Shown here piece by piece: positions 1 through 11,964 of a stretch of 64,000 nucleotides of DNA. The notes under the pieces were generated by a model. It saw only the letters and a program-made list of their open reading frames with translations, ran no database searches and was not told the DNA's origin. Origin of the DNA: Octopus sinensis (Eukaryota). The number at the start of each line of letters is the position of its first letter. Positions within the stretch are counted from its first letter, which is position 1. Both the position numbers and the translations under genes were made by a program. The DNA is taken from contig NC_043019.1 in NCBI RefSeq assembly GCF_006345805.1, positions 23,311,360 through 23,375,359 of the forward strand. Direction: 5' to 3'.

Positions 1-252
1 CTGTCAAGCGGCAGTGGGGAACAAACACAAATGCACACACACACACACAGAGTCTTGCAGATAAACTGAGACCAATGTTAAGCAGTTGACTTACTGGGTT
101 TAACATATCATTTTTTGACAAAACTTTGCTTGCTTGAAAATCTAATCCTTCTTTTTTATTTTTCAGGACAACAGAGTGTCATTAAACAACAGGATCATTC
201 CACCATTGTTGTTTTGGCACATGCTGGGCATACTGCCAATTAAATTGGTAAG

Positions 253-1060
253 TTGATGAAACTTCCAAAAGCAACAGTTTACCGTACATATAAAGAATTT
301 AAAGAAGAGGGGAAGATTGATAGAAAAGAACACAAGACTCTGAGTGATTCCAAGTGCAATCCAAAGTTTCTTGCTGGCCTCAAATGCTCAGCTGAAGCCA
401 ACCTATCCACATCCATGACAACTCTTGCAAAGAAACACAATGTGTCTCTTTCCACAGTGTCCAAAGCTGTGAACAAGAACCTTGGCATAACTAGCTATGT
501 TTAACAATGCTGTCACCTCCTAACGGCCATGACCAAAGCAGTCAGAGCTGGGGGATGCCCAAAGCTACTGTCATTCATCAAACATCAAGGTGCAGGTAAA
601 ACTCCCATGTTTGTGAACGAGAAGTTCACTGTGGATGCTAAGGTGAATCGCAGAAATTCTCGAGTGATTGCATACAACCCCTGTGTTTGAGACTAAGAAT
701 CTTGCCCCTGTGATGGTATTTGGAGCCATGGTGAGTTATGGAAGTGTCATCAATCCACACTTCATTGACCTTCGCTTGAAGATCGGCACAAAGGAGTATC
801 TAGACATCCTGAAGAACTCTGTTACCTTGGATGGAGCAGAAGTTTGGGCTTGACAATGTGGTGCTTGTCCAGGATTCTGCACCATGTCATGGGTCAAAAG
901 CAACACAGACCTTCCTTGGTGAGAAGGTGCCATTTTTTGTGAGGGCTAACATCTGGCCCAGTAATAGCCCAAATCTCAACCTTCTCGATTACTTTTTATG
1001 GGGCTTACTTCAAGAAAGGACCAATGCTTCACCACACTTGAGTGTCAACAGTAAAAAACA
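253..1060 (+). pseudogene. Tc1/mariner transposase remnant, DD37D (maT-type)
   Basis: HTH-like N-terminus, VMVFGAM, QDSAPCH...WPSNSPNLNLLDY with 37 residues between the last two catalytic Asp; stops and frameshifts. Confidence 0.85.
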
Positions 1061-1196
1061 ATTTGGTTATGGTTAGATGCCCTCCTTGATTCCAGTCAAC
1101 ATAATATTTCCCCACAGCTGTATGCATTACTAGAGAATGGAAATAAATGATACACTCATTTTACAATCATTCTATTTTGGCTGGAATTATTCCACA

Positions 1197-1455
1197 GAGG
1201 GGGAAGGGGAGGTAGAAATCTTCAACCTTCCAGAGAGGGGGATTTGAGAGAGGGAAGGGGAGGAAGGGGAGGTAGAAATCTTCAACATTAGAGAAGGGGA
1301 AGGGGAGGTAGAAATCTTCAACCTTTCAGAGAGGGGGAAGGGGAGGTAGAAATCTTCAACATTAGAGTGGGGGAAGGGGAGGTAGAAATCTTCAACATTC
1401 CAGAGAGGGGGGAAGGGGAGGAAGGGGTGGTAGTAATCTTCAACATTCCAGAGAG
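1197..1455. repeat. G-rich minisatellite, about 7 units of about 35-45 bp (GGGGAAGGGGAGGTAGAAATCTTCAAC...)
   Basis: Direct reading. Confidence 0.9.
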
Positions 1456-1641
1456 GATGATTCGAGAGGGACATCTTGTAGCTCTTGAATTTTGAAGAAG
1501 CACAAATGTAAACACACACACACACACACATATATATATGGCCACAGTCAAATGACTGAAACAAGTAAAAGAGAGATGATGATGATGATGACTAAGCCTT
1601 CAGTATTAATTCATAATTTAAAAAAAAATTCAACTCAACAT

Positions 1642-1660
1642 TTTATTTATTTCTTTTATT
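1642..1660 (-). promoter_or_regulatory. Candidate DDX54 polyadenylation signals (two AATAAA)
   Basis: AATAAA at 1655-1660 and 1642-1647 on the minus strand just after the stop; actual use unknown. Confidence 0.45.
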
Positions 1661-1673
1661 AAATTTTTTACTA

Positions 1674-1867
1674 TTATTTTGAATTTTTTTTGTTTTTCTT
1701 CTTGCGTTTCAAATTCTCTCCTTGCCGGTACTTCTGGTACGACCGTTTCTGTGCCTTTACTCGGCGACTCTTCAGGATCTGCTGAGCATTCTTCCGCTCT
1801 TTATTTTTGAATCTCCGTTTCTTATTGCCTAAAGCATTTGGAGCGTCTTCATCAGGTTTGCCCATTC
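1674..1867 (-). CDS. DDX54: DDX54 exon 20 (RMGKPDED...[20 protein letters not shown]...KNSK stop)
   Basis: CATAG acceptor; resembles LKTKQQILKQR; basic C-terminal tail. Confidence 0.92.
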
Positions 1868-4785
1868 CTATGATGGAGAAAAAGTGAAAGAATGAGAAAG
1901 AAAGTGATCAAATTGGACTTATCTCCCTTAGTTATTATACACAAAATGTGGATCTTTTCGGTTTGAACGGCAGTTTTTAACATAATTTCTAGGTAGCTAA
2001 AAAATTTTAAACTTCGTATACTGGTAGAATGTGTTTATAAAACATCTTTTTCTCTGGGCTTTGTTGAGAAAATTCTATAGTTTGTAAGATATTTGGTCTT
2101 TAATTTCTTGCATTTCGGCAATTTCAACCAATCAATGACCGTCTATTGAGGTGAAAACATTCTGTGCCGTATGAATATGTCCCTCGTTTAAGAAACAGAT
2201 TGGGTTTATTTACATTTGGGTTGAAGGAAATATTAGCCATTTTTCATACCTTCTAGAGGAAAGCAAATAGGAAACAACAGTAGCTATCCAAGGACAAAAA
2301 TCACAATGTTAGAAGACACTTGTCCAAGGTGTCAAGCAATGGAACTGAACCTGAAATCACATGCTTAGGAAGTGAACATTTTAACCACATAGCCATGCCT
2401 ATGCTTATTGAAATAAAAAAAGATTGTAGAAGAAAAGCTTCAGGTAAAAATGAAATAGAAATGGTTTTGTCTCTTACGTCTTTTGTTTAAACCAAACACC
2501 TTTATGTGTTTCTCTTCAGCAGTGGCAGATTCCGTTTCCATTTTGGCTGGAATGATTCCACCACCATCATTATCATCATCATCATCTTCTTGTTCTTCTA
2601 TCTTGTTGTGCTTCTTCCACTGTTCATAAGTGATAGGAATTAAGGAAACAAACAACACCGTATGAATGAGCCTTTTGTTTACAAAGATCATGTACTATAT
2701 CCAAGAAGCTCTGGCATGCATTGGTGGTGGATTGTAAGCGAAGGACGCTGCTTGTATCAACAGTAAGACTGTTGTTTACAGTCAGCAAATACACACGAAA
2801 AGGAGGGAAAATAATACAATCTCATTCACAGAAACCACACAGATATATATATATATATATATATACTAGAAGACAAACCCAGCCTTGCTCGGGATTAAAA
2901 TACATTATTATTGTTTTACTTGTTTCGGTATTTATAACCCGGTTTCATTCGGGTCTACGCGGGCCACATTTTAAAAGATGAAGAATGTTGCTCTGGAGAC
3001 CACGCGTTTCAAATGAATAAACTTAAAATTGTTATGCAAACTTGCCAGCACTTTTAACATAGGTGTGCAAATTTTCAGTTCAATCCAATCACATATGCAC
3101 ACATTATATATATATACATACACATTAAATATATATGTACATATATATGCATTATATACATATATATACATAAATCGGCACAAACTTTCCGGACAACCCA
3201 AAAATATCTCCAGACATGTTTCCATGGAAAACTGGAAACAAATACACTACTTGTATGTGACACTTGTTTACAATTATCACAAGATGTCAAGACACTAATA
3301 TATCTAACACGATACGTGTGTGTGTTGTGTGTGTGTGTATGCACTTTCATACTTCACATCAAGAAATTTGTTTCATGTCAAGAATCTAGCAAAACAAATA
3401 CATAAAAATGACCAAGTTATTTTACTAAAGTCTCCATTATTTTCAAAAGTATCATGGGATGTCAAAATTATAGGTAGAGCATTTAAACAGAAATATGGTA
3501 ACAAAACGGTTAATAATAAGAACAGCCAGATGCTTTCATTGGTGAAAGCTGGCAGCTATAATGGTACCATCAGGTTAGGGGACACAAGCTGATGTTGAAC
3601 ATAAACAAAGGATATAAGTTGGATTTGTATGATGCTGGAATTAAGGCTCCACTCTCAGTCCTTACTTTCTTTGGTTCCTTGCTCAGGACAGCATTCTTTG
3701 ATAAAAACTTCTTCTTTTTCCGATCCCTATAACAAAGAGGACAAAACAGATTAACATAAGCAAAATTTCAAAGTCACTATCAACCATTTTCTTAAAAACA
3801 GTTACTTTATACACACACACACACACATGCATGCACGCAGACATACATACATACATACATATCTTTTCACCAATAGTGAAACATTTCAAAAAAATCGAAG
3901 TGGGGGGGGGTGGGGGAATCTCCAAAACTTTGCAGTGCTAAGATATCAAGTAAAATAATGTCAAATAGGGTAACTCAATTGCTTAAATAGTGAAGTCATG
4001 TTTTTCTGAATGTACTAATGAGATTTGCACTGAAATTCACATTTAAATTTGATTGGGTTATTTTAGCTGTTATTGTAGAAGATAATTGTCCAAGGTATTG
4101 CCCATGGGACTGAACCCCAAGACTATGTGATTGGGAATTAACCCTTTTATTACCAACCTGGCTGTAAACATGCAAGAATTTTCCTGGGTTGGTAACACAA
4201 CCCAGGAAAATTCTTGCATGTTTACATACATACAAATCTTTCTTCTATCTTTTACTTGTTTCAGTCATTAGACAGCAGCCATGCTGAAGCACTGCCTTAA
4301 GGAATTTTAGCTGAACAACTCAACCCTAGTATTTATTTTCTAAGCCTGGTTCTTATTCTATCAGTAGCTTTTGCCAAACTGTTAAATTATGGGGACATAA
4401 ACACACCAACAACTGTCAAGGGGTGACGGGGAACAAAGACAGAAAAAGACATGCACACACGTATGTGTGTCTGAACCACCACCACCACCACCACCACCAC
4501 AGCAAAAAGAGAAACTCAAATGAATTACCATTTCATTTTATACTGCATCTTCTGCATTTGATTCACTTCGTCTCCAGTAACCTCAAACCCACATGCTGTG
4601 GCCTCGTTTTGAAAGTTGTTTTCAATGTTAAGGCTGAGAGAAGAAAAAAAAATTTTAAAAGATAAGAACAAAAAAACATGAAAACATTAGGGCAAAATTT
4701 CATGGACAAAAACTGTGGAAATTTATCATGTATACATGTGTGTGTGAGTAAGGTAAGTGAGCATCTGTGTGTGTAAGTAAATATG

Positions 4786-4820
<35 letters not shown>

Positions 4821-7800
4821 ACATCTGTGAATCTTTCCTGGTATCTTCCCATGTGAGCATAAACAGTGACAGAGGTTGTATTTCTTGTAAACAAAATGTT
4901 TTGTAACTCTACACCAGTTTCATAGATTTCATGTGAAGACCATCATCGTCATTTAATGCCTGAGTCTGTTGCCGGAGAGGGTTGGCCAGTTCAACAGGAT
5001 CTGACGAGCTTTAGGGCTATGTTGGTCCTTAATGTCTGCTTTGGCAATGTTTCTATGGCTGGACAAGTATGACATGATCTGACGAGCTTGAGGGCTATGT
5101 TGGTCCCTAATGTCTTCTTTGGCAGGGGTTTCTATAGATGAATGTCCTTCCTAATGCCAATCACTTTATGGAGTATACTGGGTGCTTTTTACATGGCACC
5201 AGCACGAATGGGATCATTGAGTAACATGCAAGACAAGATTCTTTCACAGAGGGAGGTAACTTTGTGCCGGGTGCAGAGAGGTTTAACGTATGAAAAGAAG
5301 AAACTGGTGTCATGCTGTAGAAGAGATGCATGGGTGTCTCTCTTTGGTCATGAATGACCATGGGATTGCACCTAGAAAGTTCCCCTCCAAGGAACAAGTC
5401 TGTGCAAGGTTATTTATAGAAGACCAGCAGTCACCCATGGATACCAGTCTCCCCTCTCCACTGATGTTATCCAAGGGAAAAGGCAAAGGCCAATATAGCT
5501 TAGCACCAGTTACGTCGCAACTCATTTCTACAGCTGAGTGAACTGAGGCAGTGTGAAATAAAGCGTCTTGCTCAAAAAAACAACACACAACAGTCTGAGA
5601 ATCAAACTCACAACCTTATGATTGTGAGCCCAACGCTCTAACCACTAAGCCATGTGCCTTCACTAGGAAAGGGGAAAGGATCGTTGAAATGAGGTGGAAT
5701 AAGAATAGCCTATCAACATCATCGTTTAACATTTGTTTCCCATGCTATCGTGGGTAAGATGGTTTGAGTGGGGCTGGTAAGCTGGAGAGCTGCATTGGGC
5801 TCAATTCTATTTTGGTTTGGTTTCTATGGCTGGATGCCCTTCCTTACACCAACCACTCCACAGTGTGTACGGGGTTTCTTCTTACAAGTCACTGACACGG
5901 GTACCTTTAACATGTCACCAGCACGGATGACTTATATGTGGCACTGGCCACAACTATGATTTTGCTAAGCTTAACGTGTCTTCTCAAGCCTACATGAGTA
6001 AAAAAAAAGGGGGTTGGTGACAAAAGTGTATCTAGCCATAACTTTCATCCAGCCCTATGGTAAAGACTCCCTGCAATCATGAATGACCATGGGATTGCAC
6101 CTAGAAAATTCCCCTCTGAGGCACAAGTCTGGGCAAGATTGTTTATGGAAGACCAGCAGTTATCCATGCATACCAGCCTCTCGTATCCACCCCAATGGCA
6201 AACTGGAAAAAGAGTAGATTTAGAAATGACCAACAATGATTTTGCAACCATATTTCTAGTAGAATGTACTGATTATGTGTCTTAATAAAATTTTGTAAAT
6301 ATTTTTGAATTTGCAATTAGGAAAATAAGCAGCTTCAGGTATGGCTGTATAGTTGAGAGATTTGCTTGCCCATCATGTAGCTTCAGGTTCAATCCCTCTG
6401 CATGGTACTTTAGGTAAGTATAACTTTCAGCTATTAGCCCCAGACTGATAAAAGCGTTGTGAATAAATTTGGTAGATGAAAACTGAAAGAAGTCCACTGC
6501 AAGCATGCATGAATGTGTTGCCAGCTTCTTGATTCTATGATGGAGAAATGCCACTGGCATAGTATTAATTAGGACGGATCTCAACTTGTCAGGAAGTGAT
6601 CCACACATTGTGGTCTCAAAGGTATCAACTACAACATAAATGAAATGTGACCTGCAGGATCAGGCAATGAAACTGCAACAAAGTGCCATCAACCCAGGTA
6701 TTGCTTGAGCTTGTGCTTTCATAGTCAGTCTATCTGGCATTTCCATCATTCCCCAGTTCACCTCTAGAGATCATACGTCTTCATTACTTGTTCTGTTGTT
6801 AGGGACTTCAGCTATTTTCGCAATGGAAACAGAGTCTCGTCATTAAGTTTGTTTTAGCTGGGGCAGTCTTACTACTTAAATCAGTGTATATGCATACAGG
6901 ATTTAGAAACAGCAACCGAATCTATATCATCATCATCATCGATATTATTATTTAACATCCATGTTCCATGATGGTCTGGCTTGGACATTTCAACAGAATT
7001 TGATGAGATCAAAAACTGCACTAAACTCCAATATCTGCTGGATGCTCTTCCAAACACCAACCACTTTACAGTCTGTGCTGAAACCCCCCAAAAAAAAGAG
7101 AGAGAGAGAGAAAAAATAATAGAATGAAAGCAGTGATGAACTTACGACTTCTCACTGTTATAATCAGCAGGACAATATCGAACATAGTTCTCTTCATCTT
7201 TCACTGACTTTGCAGATTTTGCATTCTTCATCTTTTTCACAAAAGCCTTCTTTGATGGTTTTGACACAACTACAGAGCTGAAAACATCCTGAAAATAATA
7301 GCAGGAATTAGACTTCAAAAAAGAAAAGAAAAGAAAAGAATTTAAAAACAATAATAATTTCTAATCAGGCCAAACAAGACTTTAGATTTATTCCAATCAT
7401 GTCTTATTACCTTGCTTGGAATCAGGTGAGAGCTGGTGACAGTTAAGGTATATTTTTGTGTGCCTGTGTTTGTCCCCCCAACATCGCTTGACAACTAATG
7501 GTGGTGTGTTTACGTCCCTGTAACTTAGCGGTTCAGCAAAAGAGACCAATAGAATAAGTACTAGGCTTCCAAAGAGTAAGTCCTGGGGGTCGATTTGCTT
7601 GACTAAAGGCGGTGCTCCAGCATGGCTGCAGTCAAATGACTGAAATGAGCAAAACAGTAAAACTGCAGTTTTAGGCCAGTTACGAGGCTATCTTCACTTG
7701 TGCTGGTACCACCATAAGAAAAATGAAAACCCCTCAGTAGGCCCTGTAAAGTGTTTGGCACAAGAAAGGGCCACCAGACATAGAAACCATGCCAAAGTAG

Positions 7801-10800
7801 ACATTGGAGTATGAAGCAGTCCTCTTATGTGTCAGTTGCTCTCAAACCTATTTCTTTATTACCCACAAGGGGCTAAACATAGAAGGGACAAACAAGGACA
7901 GACATAGGTATTGAGTCGATTACATCGACCCCAGTGCGTAACTGGTACTTAATTTATCGACCCCGAAAGGATGAAAGGTAAAGTCGACCTCGGCGGAATT
8001 TGAACTCACAACGTAACGGCAGACGAAATACCGCTAAGTATTTCGCCCGACGTGCTAACGCTTCTACCATCCAACCTAAGCCACAACGGAAGGCAAACAT
8101 CAATTGATGGACATGAGAATGGGCGAAAGGAGATAAGCAAATATTTACCTCAATGTTAGCTTCATCAACAGCATCATTAGCAGCTGTTACAGAACTTTCT
8201 GGATTAGCATCCGCCTTCATCATCTCTTCTTCGGCGATCTTGTCTTCCTTCTTGGTGATGGTCCGCTTGATTGTACGATCGTGGTGTCTCCTCTTCTCTT
8301 TCATCATCTCCAGCTGTTTCGTACTTTTGTTGTTGGCACAAATTTCAAACACCGTCTGTAAGGTAATTTTTTTTTATAACAACAACAATGATAATTAGAA
8401 TAATTAGATAATTAGAATAATAATTAATTAAGACAAAATTTGTAAATTTACTTTATACATTGCAAGTTAAAGACTTCCCTGTGCTTGATATTTCATTTTA
8501 TTTTGCCCCCTTCAGCATTTAAACCAGCCATATCCAGCCAAAATATTTTCCCTGTTTTATGTTCAATCTGGTCAGATCAGATTTCTCAGACCTACCTGCA
8601 ATGTCATTTTAAAAAATTAACAGTTATAGGCGTAGGAGTGGCTGTGTAGTAAGTAGCTTGCTTACAAACCACATGGTTCCGGGTTCCGTCCCACTGCATG
8701 GTACCTTGGGCAAGTGTCTTCTACTATAACCTCGGGCCGACCAAAACCTTGTGAATGGATTTGATAAACGGAAACTGAAAGAAGCCCAGAGTATATATGT
8801 GTATGTATATATATATATATATATATATATTGTTACGGAATCACCCGTCGTCGCCCGTCCCGAACGGCTCACACAAGTTCCGCCATGGAACCCAAAGAGG
8901 CGGAGAGAGGAGATACAGATAGATACTGCCACAACCTCAACAGCACAGAGATACAGAGGCACAACCCGAGATACAACCCAAAGAGGCAAGGCAACAACTG
9001 GCAACACTGGCTTATATTCAAACAACAGTTTATACGACAATTACAATTGTTACAACATCAAGATACATCAAAGCATGCACGTGACTACTCAATACATAAT
9101 ACAACATCATGTAACAATTCAAGAGTACACGTCCCAAGACAACAGTTCTTTAAAGTCTCTTCCTAAACATCACAATCAACAAGTCCTTTACTCTTCTTCT
9201 TCACAATGTCCTTTATCGACCACATCGACAGAGTCCTTGACTGTTCTTTTCACTGTTCAATACACCGTGACACATATCAATGCACAAACACATACCTCAA
9301 TTCCTAATTGAATCTGCCAGTGTCCCATTCCTCTCAATACTGCTAATTCCTCTGAATACTGCTAATTCCCTTCTGTGCCGCCAAGCTTTCTCGCATCCAA
9401 CTTGCTCCTAAGAATTCCAACGCTTGCTCCTTAAATCCAAGGTCTGTCTGTCTTCTTCGAGGACCGGCCAGCGACTCCAAGATCCGTCTGTGTTCTTCGA
9501 CGACCGCTCAACGACTGCCCTTTTTGACGACCAACTCCGAACTGCCAGACCTCACTTCGTCTCTGTCCTTCTTCCACTCCCCTCATCTCCCTCTGTCTAT
9601 ATCGCTCTTACCCTTTCTAACTGCCCTGGTCCTTATACCCTATCTATATCGCCTGCTGTCTCTTAGCCTTTCTATCTGTCCCTTAGTCTTATACTCTATT
9701 TCTCTCATGACAGCTCTACCAAACTCTCTGCCTGTCCTTCTCTCCTACTGTCAATACCCCCTCCATCTGCTCTTAGATTCCCTTAATCTGTCCTCCTCTT
9801 CACTTCTTCAAGGGATGGTTAGAATGACCTCCAATCGACCGCACAAGGCCAGAAAGGTCTCATTAATCTCCCAGTAGACAAAGGACCCGTCACATTTTTA
9901 CCAGACATGCTGGAACCATAATTCCTAAGTGGGTCACCAGAAATGCACTTAGCCAACCGTAACAATATGTATGTGTGTGTGTTGTCCTCCCAACATCACT
10001 TGACAACCGATGCTGGTGTGTTTACGTCCCCATAACTTAGCAGTTTGGCAAAAGAGACCGATAGAATAAGTACTAGGCTTACAAAGAATAAATCCTGGGG
10101 GGTCGATTTGCTCAACTAAAAGGCGGTGCTTCAGCATGGTAACAGTCAAATGACTGAAACAAGTGAAAGAGCTACCTCATCAAAATCTCAAAGCTACAAG
10201 ATAATACATGATTAATTCAAGATAATGAGAATAAATAAGCATTACTTTTGACAGAATAATGTGAAAGCTAAAAGGTTAATCACCATTACTAGTTTTATCA
10301 TGTATAATATAACTAACAACTACAGGTAAAATTTAGTATACTCTTACTCTTTTACTCGTTTCAGTCATTTGACTGTGGCCATGCTGTAGCACCGCCTTTT
10401 AGTCGAGCAAATCGACCCCAGGATTTATTCTTTGTAAGCCTAATACTTATTCTATCGGTCTCTTTTGCCAAACCGCTAAGTGACGGGGACAAAAACACAC
10501 CAGCATCGGTTGTCAAGCGACAAACACAGACATACAAACATACATGCACACATATATATATTATATATATATATATATAACATATATACGACGGGCTTCT
10601 TTCAGTTTCCGTCTACCAAATCCACTCACAAGGCTTTGGTTGGCCCGAGGCTATAGTAGAAGACACTTGCCCAAGGTGCCATGCAGTGGGACTGAACCCG
10701 GAACCATGTGGTTGGTAAACAAGCTACTTACCACACAGCCACTCCTGCGCCTATGTTAATTATATTACCTCACCATGCCCTAAACCTTAATGCTCCCTTG

Positions 10801-11910
10801 GGAACAGTACCACCCACACTGAGAAATTCTGCTCTAAGTGATAGAGATCCAGCAAATATTTGATAGGTTTTTTTTAAGGGTGGAGCTTGTATAAAGCTGA
10901 GGTAATAACTTACAATCCAAGGAGAAGCCTCTATAATCTATAGGGAAAGAGTTTACTCAACTGCGAGAAATAGTAGCCATGTTTCCCTCACATCACACCC
11001 TACTTTACAAAACAAAACAATAAATACATAGGACAACATTGTCAAATGGTCAAATCTGAAATGTCTTTGATCTTGGGGCTGATCTGTGGATAAATAACAA
11101 TAACAACAACACACTCACCAAATTGGCTTTATACTTATGTAAGGCATTCATAAAATCTGCACGTTTCAGGTCATTTTTGGATATATGTTCACCTGAAGAA
11201 GAGGACACATAGATGGAAAGAATAAATTAGCAAGAATACCAATCAATATGTGGCGTCAACAACAACATAGCTATAAATTTATCCTAGGTATGGTGATGTG
11301 GTTAAATAGTTGGATTTTTAACCTCGTGGTTTCGGGTTCAATCCGAAGATGTGACATCTTATTAAGATAGCTACTTCAATTCTAAGATTGCCTATGTTGT
11401 GTTCCATGGCTATGAAAGATTTGAGCTACCAGACTCAAGACCTTATCATATCAATCAGAGTCACAGGATGTATAAGTGTAATAAGTTTAAACCTTCATTA
11501 AACAACAAGAACTACACAATGCAAATTGGTCATTCTCACAACAATAAATGCACAAGTCACTACCTTCTCTCACAAATCTGAGCAAAGATATCAGCTCTAT
11601 ACCTTCTCCTATATCCCCTACTATCCTAACGAAAGGGCTCTAACTCCAAAATGTCAAAGAAATACAATGTAAAACATTAACTGTTGTTCTGTTATCATTC
11701 ATTCTAAATAGATTTGACCTTGTGCCACATAAAAAGCACCTGGTACACTCAGTAAAGTGGTTGGCATTAGGAAGGGAATCCAGCCATAGAAACCATGCCA
11801 AAACAGACAGCAGAGCTTAGCACAGTCCTCTGGCTAGCCAGCTCCTGTCAAATTGTGCAACCTATGCCAACATAGAAAACAGACAGATGATGGGATACAC
11901 ACATACATAC

Positions 11911-11964
<54 letters not shown>

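Noticed and set aside
1187-1564. 125-aa ORF with repeated WNVEDFYLPF
   Set aside because: Translation of the minisatellite
1800-1860. CTGATGA...GAAAC on the minus strand as a hammerhead
   Set aside because: Lies in DDX54 exon 20 (PDED codons); no stem II or UH site
2495-2500. AAG|GTGTTT as the exon 19 donor
   Set aside because: Phase 0 does not fit exon 20 (needs phase 1); C|GTAAGA at 2478 fits
3661-3665. GTAAG as the constitutive exon 18 donor
   Set aside because: It would drop the conserved RTESG..SYK segment; kept only as a possible alternative site
8751-9311. 186-aa ORF and neighbours in the 8.8-9.9 kb element
   Set aside because: Starts in a SINE and microsatellite, low-complexity T/S/Q composition, no gag/pol motifs
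11185-11225. CCTGAAGAAGAG as a hammerhead core
   Set aside because: It is the reverse complement of the exon 14 acceptor; no stems
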